This document shows positions 29,253 to 39,357 of a DNA stretch of 64,000 nt, piece by piece. A program made the translations under genes and the position numbers. Origin of the DNA: a virus; IMG/VR virus record IMGVR_UViG_3300043028_000007, positions 3,899-67,898 of that record; one strand, given 5' to 3'. Every line of letters begins with the position of its first letter. The first letter of the stretch is position 1. Under the pieces are notes generated by a model that had not been told where the DNA came from, ran no database searches, and worked only from the letters and a program-made list of their open reading frames with translations.

Positions 29253-30049
29253 TTATTCCCAAGGATATGGGCCACCATATATGCCCATATTATCTGGATT
29301 ATCTGAAGTTACTTTATATTCGTTATCTAAAGTAGCATTAAGTAAATTATTGGGATCTACTATAAATTCGTTAACAGCTACACAGTTGTTATAATAACCA
29401 CGACAGCTTATCGTTCTCTGCATCCTTGAAAATGCAGGTTCAAATGTACAGTACTCATAATATACTTCTTTTTCATAATCACGTGAAGACGATAGTCCAG
29501 TAGCGATTGGATACTCTAGTGGATATCCATCGTGATTAGTAACAAATAGGGTATTTATAAACCTTAATTTGAACCAATTTTCATTTAACATACTATAAAA
29601 TCTCTTATATCCACTATAATTAGCGTAATAAATATATGGAGCATGAAAAGTAGTACCAGAAGCATAAGAAATATTTAATATTGTATCAAAAGTATTACCG
29701 ACTATGGTCATGGTCACCTCTTTATTAACTTTGCTTATTTGGTCAAGATTACAATCAAATGTACCATTACTTACATAGATGAGAGAATTATGTGAACATA
29801 TTTGTACTGCTTTATATATAGTAAGATATGGATTAGCTGAACTACCGTCTCCAGTTGTATCGTTACCATTTTTATCTACATATAGTACTTGACTATAATC
29901 ATCTGTATTTATTTTTGATTGCGATCCCACTGATTTCCAAATACCATTATGTTTAATATATGGGTTAGTTGGTTTAAAAAAGTATCATCATTGATTAGAA
30001 TCCTATTAGCAGCCTTACTGATATTAGAATCTTTTATATATACTGACAT
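29253..30049 (-). CDS. Putative fibre/virion protein with beta-helix-type YVDxNGNDxxGDGSxxNPYxTI motif; frame break in a T6 run
   Basis: The track ORF 29253-29930 has a GTG start with no RBS. ATG at 30049 has an AAGGA RBS and reads MSVYIKDSN...DDTF. A -1 shift at TTTTTTAAAC (29972-29981) continues in frame as KPTNPYIKHNGIWKSVGSQS. Confidence 0.65.
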
Positions 30050-30059
30050 ATCTTATCCT

Positions 30060-31268
30060 TTATTTAATGTTAGTTCTTAACATATCAAATACTTTGTACT
30101 TATCTTTAGTCAACCAATCCTGCATAAATCCTTTGTTCTTTGGAGTAGCCAATTTCTTTAATTTAGTAAGAGAAGTAACTTCGACATTTGACTTAGGTAT
30201 CTTTTTACCTATTATATCGGATTTGCCTATTCCCCAATTGTTCATTACATTACTAATGTTATCTTTTATCTTAGTGTCTGTATTCTTTATAAGCGTCTCT
30301 ATGTGCTTCCCTTTCTTAGGAACATTAGGACCACTTACAGAAGACATAATAGATAAGGTATCATCGTCTCCATTAAAGGCTACATCATCAACTACATTCT
30401 TCAATGGATCGTCTATAAGTTTTTCATAGAAGTTAACACAGTCTATTAGTCTCTGTAATAAATCTGTTAATCCTAATTTGGCTGCTAATGACATCAACGA
30501 TGCATATAGATTAATATTCATATTGAAATTAAAGAGATCAGGGAAACCGCCTTCAGGACATAGCTTATTCATTGCAGTATACATAGCTTGAGTAGTTTTA
30601 AAATCAGCTACATTAGGTATTCCATTTATTATATTGCCCATCTTGTCTGTTATATTAGGATAACCTAAATCAGGTAACTTAAGGGCAGTTAATCCTAATC
30701 CAGGTATTTTTGGATTATTATTCGTTAATTCTTTAGCTGTTTCTATTTGTTTTTCAGTATACTCACTATTTTCTGGAGTAAGTTTATTTACATTAATATC
30801 TTCTATATCTTCATTTTCTTCAGATAAATCATCTAAAGGACCTTCGGAAGATTTCATAGGGATACCATAATCTACCTGAACTTTCTTCTTACCGAATATA
30901 CCTTTTAGTTTAGTGCCAACTTTAGATAAAGCACTATCGACATCTTTATCATTTTTTATTTCTTGACCACTAGTTTTAGCTAAAGCATCTAATTCGGCTT
31001 CAGTCAGTTTATTCATTTTGTCTTTACTAATATTATCGGAATCCGTGGAACTTTTAATAGGTACTACAGATTGTTTAGTAGATTGAGTAACGAATACTTT
31101 AGCCTGTTTGTTATTGATAGTACTAATAGTCGTATCACTTGTATTGCTATAGATAGGACTATTCTTACTAACGTTATCCTTTATTGTATTAGAAGAAGAA
31201 ATTTTATTAGAAGATATTAGAGAACTAACTGGATTACCAACGGTATTGTTGGCAGATATGTTACTCAT
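30060..31268 (-). CDS. Hypothetical protein with Ser/Asn-rich N-terminus
   Basis: 402-aa ORF overlapping the end of the RNAP gene by 8 nt. Confidence 0.75.
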   Translation of the reverse strand: MSNISANNTVGNPVSSLISSNKISSSNTIKDNVSKNSPIYSNTSDTTISTINNKQAKVFVTQSTKQSVVPIKSSTDSDNISKDKMNKLTEAELDALAKTSGQEIKNDKDVDSALSKVGTKLKGIFGKKKVQVDYGIPMKSSEGPLDDLSEENEDIEDINVNKLTPENSEYTEKQIETAKELTNNNPKIPGLGLTALKLPDLGYPNITDKMGNIINGIPNVADFKTTQAMYTAMNKLCPEGGFPDLFNFNMNINLYASLMSLAAKLGLTDLLQRLIDCVNFYEKLIDDPLKNVVDDVAFNGDDDTLSIMSSVSGPNVPKKGKHIETLIKNTDTKIKDNISNVMNNWGIGKSDIIGKKIPKSNVEVTSLTKLKKLATPKNKGFMQDWLTKDKYKVFDMLRTNIK

Positions 31269-31944
31269 TTATACTGCTCCCTTTTATCAAGTTATTATCT
31301 AAGTGAGCTGCTTTAAGATATGTGCTAGCTATAACCGAACTTCTTGGTACACTATCTTTTCCTATATTTTCAACTTCGACTGACCCAGTCTCTAACAACT
31401 GACTAGCGTATTCCGAATATGCATTAATATCTCCTCCTCTTACCTTAAGTAATTCATATAGTGATTTATCTAATCCCTTTCCTTTTATTACCTGTGCTTC
31501 TATAAGCGATATAGAAGATCCTTTATCTGGCTTAACTACTTGTCCCGATAATAGGTCTATCTTATTGTCTCCTTCAGGCAGAGAGATTTTATCATCAACA
31601 AACTGCTTAACTCTTCGTACAGGCATTTTGATTACAAGATATTTATTGTTCGTCTTATAACGTTTGCCAGTTATTTCGTCTTTTAAATACAAATGAGTAG
31701 ACAATGCGAGTCCTATCTTATTTGCTACTTGAACGATATCTTTCATTCGAGCAACGGATTTCATATTAGGCATCATTATATTAACATTGTCTTTACCAGC
31801 TTTAATGTCTTTGTAAAATTTATTTAATCCTTCTTCAGTCTTTATTTTTTCCATATATCGTTTAAAGTTAGGTCCATCTTTACCTTCCAAAGGCTCGAAT
31901 ACAGTCTTTAATAAAGCTACGATTTTATCTCTTTTAGCAGACAT
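31261..31944 (-). CDS. Virion RNA polymerase beta subunit, C-terminal clamp fragment (phiKZ gp149-like)
   Basis: LSGQV..DKGSSISLIEAQVIKGKGLDKSLYELLKVRGGD...PRSSVIASTYLKAAHLD aligns by eye to the RpoB C-terminus (TQQP...GGQRFGEME..AL...G....L.E.LTVKSDD). Confidence 0.75.
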   Translation of the reverse strand: MSAKRDKIVALLKTVFEPLEGKDGPNFKRYMEKIKTEEGLNKFYKDIKAGKDNVNIMMPNMKSVARMKDIVQVANKIGLALSTHLYLKDEITGKRYKTNNKYLVIKMPVRRVKQFVDDKISLPEGDNKIDLLSGQVVKPDKGSSISLIEAQVIKGKGLDKSLYELLKVRGGDINAYSEYASQLLETGSVEVENIGKDSVPRSSVIASTYLKAAHLDNNLIKGSSINE

Positions 31945-32009
31945 ATATCTATACTCCTATTCATTACATTGTCTTAAATTTATACTATGTTTTCAGACAA
32001 AAAAATATA

Positions 32010-32038
32010 AAGGTATTGGGCTCAAAGCCCAATACCTT
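32010..32038. terminator. Intrinsic terminator hairpin
   Basis: 13-bp stem AAGGTATTGGGCT/AGCCCAATACCTT after the gyrA-like gene. Confidence 0.75.
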
Positions 32039-32042
32039 ATAA

Positions 32043-34265
32043 CTAAATCTTTATTCTTAGTATCTGTGGATAAGCTTTAACGGTCTTAAATGAATAAGAT
32101 CCTAATTTCTGACTATTTAAATTCAATGTACCCGAAGGTAGGTCATTTAAATCAGAAATATCTATCCACAAATACCGTATATTATTACCACGCACAAATT
32201 CATCGGGAATATTGATACATTCCAATCTTTTATTATCTACTATACCTATTATCCTATTGGTCCCATTCATATACAATGGGATATATTCGGTATCTTTATC
32301 TATCCTATGTATCTTTATTTTATTTTTATTCGTTGTATTACCAACTAAGATATATTTAGGATAATTCTTATTGTTAGGAATATTACCAACGATATTTAGT
32401 TTATTTCCTATACTACCTTTTCTTTTAATAGGCAGAGTTTTTGATATCTTTTGTTTCTTTAATACTCCATCTGTATATAAAGTAATCACATCGTCTCGAT
32501 AATGATATTCGGTGTACATATTATCCGTATCTACCCAACCTTCAATAGCGACTGAACAATCTTTAGTATGAGTAACGGTAAACATTATTTGGTCTTTCTT
32601 ATATACCAGACCTTTTCCTTTAACAGCCATTGGCAATAGGCTATCGGCTTCAACACCGGGTTGTATCCTAGGATAATTGACTGATAAATCATTAATACCA
32701 ATCTTATCAGGATATATATGAATAGTTATATCCGTATTCGGAAAACCTTTACATATATGAACTAGATCATCTAATGATGTAAACTGGATTACTCCGGAAT
32801 TATTGACAGATATATAGCCTATGTAATTTACATATTCGATAGGGTCTTTGGGTTCATATTTATTTTTGATAGCTTTAGCAGATTCCATAATCTCCATATC
32901 GATAGTATCGTAACTTTTAAGTAAGCTATCTAGTTCTTCTTGAGTATTCTTTATTTCTTCTAACAGGTCTTCTTTTGAAGATTTGGATAATGTCGATAAT
33001 TTAGCATTGTAAAGAATACTACATTGGTTGTAAGTAAGGCCAAATTCAGTATCCATAATACTGTAACCATCGTCTATGGTATTCTTACGTATTATCTCAA
33101 TGATACGATCCATCTTATCGTGTACTAACAAAATAACATTGAGCTTATCCAGTTTCTTAACTAAAGACACTTGTTTATGTTTCTTCTGACTGAGGATAGC
33201 TCTTTTTCTTTCTCTATACCACTTAACTAATATGGTGTATGGAGTATAGTTAGTTACTACACCATCATTACTATAATTGAGTACCGGCGATACTTTTCCA
33301 GTAAAGCTTATCATAGATTTGATCTTTATCATAGCATCGAATATATCACAGGTCCTTTTAAAATATAATACGATATGTGTTCTCATGGATTCTTCACTAT
33401 GATCACCTATCTTTACTACATTTTGGTTGGCCCATGATCCTTTGGTCCTTATGTTATCTAATAATGTCTTATTGACATTAGCTACTGATACATCGTATGG
33501 TAAATTATAAATATGTAAGGCATATTTTTCTATTTCCATAATACCATCGTTTATTATCGGATGTGTAAAATTACCTTTTGCATATTCTTCTTCCAGCTTA
33601 CTGTAATTTCTTACATAGGTCTTAGTTGGAAAAATAGGTCTAAGATACTTTACCATTCGTTTTAAAGGATATCGTTTCTTTTCTAACTGATACTTAGCAT
33701 AGTCAATTACTAAGTCAGCTATACCATTTAAGGAATATGCTGTAGTATATGAACCAAACCCGTATCCAACTGTAATAGAACCTATGAGTAAGGCAGTAGG
33801 TAATTTAGGTATAAAGTATTTCGGTTCCAATAGACTCAAATTCTCGCTTATAGTCTTGTACAGAACTTTGTCATCTATACCGTTAATATACAAATCTTTA
33901 CATATGTCAGAGAGCTTATACTCTATATATCTTAAAGCACTAGCTTCTGTTCCACTATAATCGCCATAGTCGCCTTTCATGTCGAACAATGGATATCTGT
34001 TATAAAAAGGTTGTGTTTGTCTAACTATAGCACTGTATGTACTAGCATCGCCAAATGGATGATATTTCATAGTATCAGCCAAAAAGCTTGATCCTGAAAT
34101 ATAATCATTGATGCCTCTATTTGCCCATATAGCTCTTCTATGGACTTTCTTTAACCCATCGACTGGATTGGGCATATGGTTATCCATAACAGCTAATCCA
34201 TGAACTTTGCTATTATCTTTTATTATATCTGAAGCGGTATTTTTCGTAATATGTAATCCGTCCAT
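32043..34265 (-). CDS. gyrA: Type IIA topoisomerase subunit A (GyrA/ParC-like)
   Basis: Motifs DGLKKVHRRAIW, KYHPFGDAS.Y, catalytic ASALRYIE and PKLPTALLIG...GYG. Confidence 0.92.
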   Translation of the reverse strand: MDGLHITKNTASDIIKDNSKVHGLAVMDNHMPNPVDGLKKVHRRAIWANRGINDYISGSSFLADTMKYHPFGDASTYSAIVRQTQPFYNRYPLFDMKGDYGDYSGTEASALRYIEYKLSDICKDLYINGIDDKVLYKTISENLSLLEPKYFIPKLPTALLIGSITVGYGFGSYTTAYSLNGIADLVIDYAKYQLEKKRYPLKRMVKYLRPIFPTKTYVRNYSKLEEEYAKGNFTHPIINDGIMEIEKYALHIYNLPYDVSVANVNKTLLDNIRTKGSWANQNVVKIGDHSEESMRTHIVLYFKRTCDIFDAMIKIKSMISFTGKVSPVLNYSNDGVVTNYTPYTILVKWYRERKRAILSQKKHKQVSLVKKLDKLNVILLVHDKMDRIIEIIRKNTIDDGYSIMDTEFGLTYNQCSILYNAKLSTLSKSSKEDLLEEIKNTQEELDSLLKSYDTIDMEIMESAKAIKNKYEPKDPIEYVNYIGYISVNNSGVIQFTSLDDLVHICKGFPNTDITIHIYPDKIGINDLSVNYPRIQPGVEADSLLPMAVKGKGLVYKKDQIMFTVTHTKDCSVAIEGWVDTDNMYTEYHYRDDVITLYTDGVLKKQKISKTLPIKRKGSIGNKLNIVGNIPNNKNYPKYILVGNTTNKNKIKIHRIDKDTEYIPLYMNGTNRIIGIVDNKRLECINIPDEFVRGNNIRYLWIDISDLNDLPSGTLNLNSQKLGSYSFKTVKAYPQILRIKI

Positions 34266-34363
34266 TCGTTATATTCTGCCTCCTTATATGAGCGTCCATT
34301 TTAGTCATATAGTATGAGAATTTCTAGTTTAAATATACCTACCTTGGTAAACGATAAAAATAA

Positions 34364-34392
34364 ATATACTCATCCGTAAGGGATGAGTATAT
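34364..34392. terminator. Hairpin (terminator-like) between the 125-aa gene and gyrA
   Basis: 12-bp stem ATATACTCATCC/GGATGAGTATAT. Confidence 0.65.
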
Positions 34393-34397
34393 CTACT

Positions 34398-34775
34398 TTA
34401 AAATTTAATACAATAATCTTCGCTTACTTCAGGTTCATTCTTTTCATTGTAAGTGACTATTTTAAAATTCACTTCTTCTACCTTCCAGCCGAGTATGGTA
34501 AATATATAATTAACTCTTTTAGAAGTTAGTGTTTTAGATAGGATAGTACTTTTAAGATTGCCCCAATTCTCATTTATCTTATTTATACTCAGTCCTATTC
34601 TATTATTTTCCTTATAAAGAGCCTGATATAAGTCACCATAAGTAACTTTTCTCTTTACAAAGATAGTACGAAGCAATTTAGTTAAACTATCGCTTACTTC
34701 GTCTATGTCTTCCTTAGTGAAGATGAGCTTCTTTGTTGCCATACCACTTACTATATGGTTAGCTACTTTAATCAT
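34398..34775 (-). CDS. Small basic hypothetical protein (resembles a conserved jumbo-phage family)
   Basis: 125 aa with GGAG RBS. Motif WGNLK..I....LT.K....IF.IL. Confidence 0.65.
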   Translation of the reverse strand: MIKVANHIVSGMATKKLIFTKEDIDEVSDSLTKLLRTIFVKRKVTYGDLYQALYKENNRIGLSINKINENWGNLKSTILSKTLTSKRVNYIFTILGWKVEEVNFKIVTYNEKNEPEVSEDYCIKF

Positions 34776-34797
34776 GTACCAAGTCTCCTTTTATGTC

Positions 34798-35547
34798 CTA
34801 TACATATTGTTCCAGTATTTGTTTAATGGAAAGTAAATACCAATCCCGTAAATGATAAAACTCTATCCCATAATTCTGATCAAGGGAATTGTTTTTGAAG
34901 AAGTTATATAGTATGTCTATAAACAAAACGCACGCTAATATTGGGCAATTCTGTACAAATGCGTCAGGATTCAAATTAACCAAACAGCACTTTATCATGG
35001 ATTTCATATTACCCAATGTTGAGTCTAATGTACCTATGATAGTCTTATAAGAATAGATATGGTTTCTTAAGGCCTTATTGGTAATATATTCTTTTTTCAT
35101 AAATGAATATAAGAATATATATACATATCCCAGTTTTCGATTTGATTGAAGATTAGTTATTTTAGATATATTAGTAAGTATACGTTCAGCCATAACGGCC
35201 ATATACATCTTATTTTTATTATGACCATATTTGTAACCAGCATAAGCATATACCCAACTAGGTACGTTTTCTAACAAATTATATTCTACTATGGTTTCCC
35301 AAGCCTTTAGTTCAAGATAAGGAGCATATTGTTTGTTTTTAACTCCTATAAAACAGAGCATAAGATCATGTATAAGTTCTTTACCAGATATATTATCGAA
35401 TACTATGTTTTCAAATGCTTTAAATTCGATACTTTCCAAGTAATTTAACATCGGTCGTTGATCTATAAAGTACTTCTGTGGATGGTCTCTATAAATATCC
35501 TTCGTAATAACCGTTTCCTGCATTTTATTCAAGTTATATAAAGACAT
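34798..35547 (-). CDS. Hypothetical protein
   Basis: 249-aa ORF with GGAG RBS directly after gyrB. Confidence 0.75.
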   Translation of the reverse strand: MSLYNLNKMQETVITKDIYRDHPQKYFIDQRPMLNYLESIEFKAFENIVFDNISGKELIHDLMLCFIGVKNKQYAPYLELKAWETIVEYNLLENVPSWVYAYAGYKYGHNKNKMYMAVMAERILTNISKITNLQSNRKLGYVYIFLYSFMKKEYITNKALRNHIYSYKTIIGTLDSTLGNMKSMIKCCLVNLNPDAFVQNCPILACVLFIDILYNFFKNNSLDQNYGIEFYHLRDWYLLSIKQILEQYV

Positions 35548-35558
35548 ATATATTCTCC

Positions 35559-38012
35559 TTAACCTATTCTAGAAAACAATAGTTCTTTTCTATAAGTACT
35601 ATCATTACCCATGTAGTTTATCAGTTTTTCAGCATCGCCGACAGAAGTTATTTTAACGACTACCCTATGTTCTGGATCCATACATAACCTACCTCTATCC
35701 TTAGCTGGCAAAGATCCGAGTCCTTTATATCTTTCTATTTTAAAGAAATGATTTTCCAAAGTTTTAAACAGATAAAATATCTGGATGAAAGACATGGGAT
35801 GATCTTTGTATGTATCGGTGAATTTGGTTGTAACTAATAAACTATAGTGTCTGAAAGCTATAGCCTTTAAAAAGGGCAACAATTCTTTACTTATAGCTTC
35901 CTTAAGTCCAATGAGAGATATTATTATATCTTCTCTTCCTAGGGTCATGGAAAGTACTTTTGTATTGGGATTATATTCGACTGTATTACCAAAGACTTCT
36001 CTAGCTTTATCTAAATTGAAATTTTTAAGATCTTTAGTATCTTCCAATACGGGTATAAGTCTTTCTAGTATTAATGGGTTCACGTAATGTTCTTCCGCTA
36101 TATCGTTCATTAGATTCCCTATATAGGAAATTATTCTAGCTACTTCTATGAAATATTTCTTATCCAATAAACTAACTTCAGAAGTTAGGTGGTTACTTAT
36201 CTTTATATCGAATGCTTTATAATAGACATATTCAGCTAAGGCATTTAGTATTTCATCAGCTGTTTTCTTATAAATAACCGATCTATTTTTACTACCACCT
36301 TTGAGCACAAGACCATATAGTGGAGAAGTTGCTATATGTAATATACCTGATTCAACAAAAGCTGGATTAAACACCCAAAAGTTGGATATAACTATATTGG
36401 CTATATGAGCACCTGCACTATCTGCATCGACCATGATCATAACCTTACCATATCTAAGATTGCTAAAGTCAGTCTGGTTAGGTGTAAGTCCCAATATCTT
36501 AATAATGTCACCAAAGATATTATTGTTCTTTAATTTTTCTCTTGCTTCTGGAAGCTTATCTTTAGTGGTTACTACATTAACAGGAACACCACGCATATTG
36601 TAAAGTGCTTGATATTTACTATTACGGCCTTCTGTTCCACCGGCACTGTTTCCTTCAGACAGAAACAACTCTGCCTGAGCTCTGTCGTCAGTAGAACAGT
36701 CTTTGAAGTTCTTAGGGTTATTTAAATCCAATATAAGTCTTTTAGCATCTTTGACTTCTATATCTTTATTGCTGAATGCCATGAACTTACTATTTAAATC
36801 AGGTTCTATGATTTCGAATAATTCTTCAAACTGATCATCGAAACCAGATAGCTGTTCTTCTATTAGAGTACTGAAGGTTTTCTTGAACTTCTTGTCCTTT
36901 ATACCAGTCTTATGTAAGTTCTTATATTCGATGTCATTGTATCTTATGTGTGCTAAATAGTACAATGGTAAATGATACTTTTCAACAAAGAATTTATACT
37001 TAGGCTTTTCTTTAATGAAAGGAGCTAGCTTATCTTTTATTAGTTTATTAAGAACTTCTAGGTGAGTACTATCGTTATCTTTGACTATTACATTATTAGC
37101 TATCGAGACATGGTTTCCCTGATTCTCATATTTAATAGCATAGATATTTATATCGTAAGCTATTAATTCATCTTCTTTCATAAGTATAGAAGGAACTATT
37201 GGATCTTGTTGTAAAGTCATTTTCCATCGCATAGGTCTTAGGATATTGAAATAGTTCTTAATAAATCTATCTTTATCTTTATTCCTAGTTGAACTATCGA
37301 AGATTACATTAGCGGAATAAGATCTATCTCTAAGTAGTTCTAAAGATTCTTTAGCTCCGCTTTTCCAAAATGATTCATCGATACCTGATTTATATTCTTT
37401 TATAACGATGTTGTACTTTACAAACAAACACCATATGCTAAACAATTCTATGAACAATACTTTGCCATCTATAAGGAATTTGTCTATGTCCTCAAATATT
37501 ATTTTATCAGGCTCAAGTACTATAAAACTACCAGTCTTATTATCTGAAGAATTATCTAAAGATATAACAACATTTTCTCCATCACCATCTTCTATCAATA
37601 TACTACTTACCTTATTATCTCTGGAAGTAATAGCTTTAAATCTTTTAGACAAAGCCGCGGCTGCTTTCGCACCTACACCAAATGATCCAGAACTGAACTT
37701 ATAACTTTCTGTATCGAATTTACCGGAAGTATTAAGAACTGTAAAAGTTTCCTCTAACTTTTCTATTGGAATACCTCTACCATTGTCAGATATCATTACC
37801 TGATAGCTATTGTTCTTAGCGTCATTAAATAACACTATCTCCAAAAGACCATTCTTTGTTAATACTAATTCATCGTTGCTGTTATCTATGATTTCTTTTA
37901 TCATATGGAACTGCCCAGGAACTTCTTTATCGACGATATAGTTATTAGGTCTCAGTCTCACTGGCTCAAGTTTAGTAGCTGTTCTAATACTAGACTTATC
38001 ATAATTTGCCAT
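35559..38012 (-). CDS. gyrB: Type IIA topoisomerase subunit B (GyrB/ParE-like)
   Basis: GHKL motifs EIIDNSNDE, DNGRGIP and SGKF...SGSFGVGA. TOPRIM motifs LFLSEGNSA, RGVPVNV, MVDADSAGAHI and RYKGLG. Confidence 0.93.
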   Translation of the reverse strand: MANYDKSSIRTATKLEPVRLRPNNYIVDKEVPGQFHMIKEIIDNSNDELVLTKNGLLEIVLFNDAKNNSYQVMISDNGRGIPIEKLEETFTVLNTSGKFDTESYKFSSGSFGVGAKAAAALSKRFKAITSRDNKVSSILIEDGDGENVVISLDNSSDNKTGSFIVLEPDKIIFEDIDKFLIDGKVLFIELFSIWCLFVKYNIVIKEYKSGIDESFWKSGAKESLELLRDRSYSANVIFDSSTRNKDKDRFIKNYFNILRPMRWKMTLQQDPIVPSILMKEDELIAYDINIYAIKYENQGNHVSIANNVIVKDNDSTHLEVLNKLIKDKLAPFIKEKPKYKFFVEKYHLPLYYLAHIRYNDIEYKNLHKTGIKDKKFKKTFSTLIEEQLSGFDDQFEELFEIIEPDLNSKFMAFSNKDIEVKDAKRLILDLNNPKNFKDCSTDDRAQAELFLSEGNSAGGTEGRNSKYQALYNMRGVPVNVVTTKDKLPEAREKLKNNNIFGDIIKILGLTPNQTDFSNLRYGKVMIMVDADSAGAHIANIVISNFWVFNPAFVESGILHIATSPLYGLVLKGGSKNRSVIYKKTADEILNALAEYVYYKAFDIKISNHLTSEVSLLDKKYFIEVARIISYIGNLMNDIAEEHYVNPLILERLIPVLEDTKDLKNFNLDKAREVFGNTVEYNPNTKVLSMTLGREDIIISLIGLKEAISKELLPFLKAIAFRHYSLLVTTKFTDTYKDHPMSFIQIFYLFKTLENHFFKIERYKGLGSLPAKDRGRLCMDPEHRVVVKITSVGDAEKLINYMGNDSTYRKELLFSRIG

Positions 38013-38091
38013 AATACAAAATCTCCCTTTATTTGTATATTATCTAGATTATTATTGATTAAAGTTAATTAAAATAGACCCGATTATTCCA

Positions 38092-38114
38092 TATAGATAA
38101 TATATATTTTAAAT
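38092..38114 (-). promoter_or_regulatory. phiKZ-type early promoter
   Basis: Minus strand ATTTAAAATATATATTATCTATA upstream of gyrB. Confidence 0.75.
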
Positions 38115-38186
38115 AGTTTTAAGCTATCCTAAGGCTACTATATTAGTATATGATATAAATGACACTGATTACCTAGGAGTTTAAAA

Positions 38187-38693
38187 ATGGAAAATATACA
38201 AAATACAATGGAAAATGATATTAAGAAAATAGTTATATCTTCATTTGAAGAAGATATAAGTCAGTTAGATAAAACATATGTTAAAACAGCTTTTCTTAGA
38301 GATAAGTTAACTGAAAAACTAATGGATGCTGTAGATAAAACTAATTTATTCCCAAACGGTGATCCAGATACAACACATGCTCAGCTTGCTGTATTTAATT
38401 CTGTATCTAGTATTTTAAATGATATTGATAAACAGATCTATAATAGAGCTAATTTAAAACTTAAAGTTAAACAAGGCGATAGTGAAGAAGAAGATAGAAA
38501 GCAGATCATTGAAATACTTAACAATTATAGTTTAAAAGAATTAGATAAAGATTACGTAGAACAAGATATTTCTGAAATAGAAAAAGAACTCGATGATGAA
38601 TTAGAAAAGAGAGCTCTAGAAATCAATGATGGAGAATTATTAGAAGATCCAAAAGACCATATTCTTAATCAGGCAGATACAGAAGAAGAATAA
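38187..38693 (+). CDS. Acidic conserved hypothetical protein (position of phiKZ gp77)
   Basis: 168 aa with GGAG RBS. Starts the gp77-82-like block. Confidence 0.65.
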   Translation: MENIQNTMENDIKKIVISSFEEDISQLDKTYVKTAFLRDKLTEKLMDAVDKTNLFPNGDPDTTHAQLAVFNSVSSILNDIDKQIYNRANLKLKVKQGDSEEEDRKQIIEILNNYSLKELDKDYVEQDISEIEKELDDELEKRALEINDGELLEDPKDHILNQADTEEE

Positions 38694-38724
38694 TGAGTAA
38701 GGGGGAATTCTCCCCCTTACTCAT
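38693..38724. terminator. Bidirectional intrinsic terminator
   Basis: 14-bp perfect stem ATGAGTAAGGGGGA/TCCCCCTTACTCAT. Confidence 0.8.
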
Positions 38725-38741
38725 ATATATTTATCGTTCGA

Positions 38742-39299
38742 TTATGCGAATGTCTTTTTTGGTAAAGTCTTATTAAACCATATAAAACCTTTTTCTCCAA
38801 ATTCTTGCTTAACTACGTCAGCGGAAAATGATCCGGGCTTTACAGAATTGGGAACTGCACATGCTTTGAATAGATTATATCCTATCGCAAGTTTTGTGTT
38901 TTGAGAAAGAGTCATATAACCTGCTGCAGAGAAAATAACTTCGGGAACAAGGATAGTATCTTTATGTTCTTTGAATAGTTTAAGTACTTCTGCATAATTA
39001 CTATCTTCTGGACTCTTTGTGATATAATCAAAGATATTCCATAGTCTTCTGATAGCTTCTTTAGTTTTCTGAGCCTTTACTTTAGTGATATAGTCTTCGA
39101 CTTCCTGCTGTATTCTACTTGTCTTAGCTTTGGTAGCCGGCGCTACTTTAGGAGAGACTGTAGGTTTAGGTGGAGCTGGAGTAGGATCAGGTTTTGGTGG
39201 AGTTACTGGAGCTTTTTCATCCGGCTTAGTCTGTGTATTTGTATCTGCCTTTTTTTCTTCTACAATCACATCTTCTTTAGTATTTTTTTCATCTACCAT
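38742..39299 (-). CDS. Probable virion protein with Pro-rich linker (position of phiKZ gp79)
   Basis: 185 aa with PVTPPKPDPTPAPPKPT. Lies just downstream of the vRNAP beta-prime gene. Confidence 0.6.
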   Translation of the reverse strand: MVDEKNTKEDVIVEEKKADTNTQTKPDEKAPVTPPKPDPTPAPPKPTVSPKVAPATKAKTSRIQQEVEDYITKVKAQKTKEAIRRLWNIFDYITKSPEDSNYAEVLKLFKEHKDTILVPEVIFSAAGYMTLSQNTKLAIGYNLFKACAVPNSVKPGSFSADVVKQEFGEKGFIWFNKTLPKKTFA

Positions 39300-39357
39300 T
39301 TTACATATCCTTTTATTATTAGTTAACTAAATAAGTCCCAATTATACTATTTACGGT

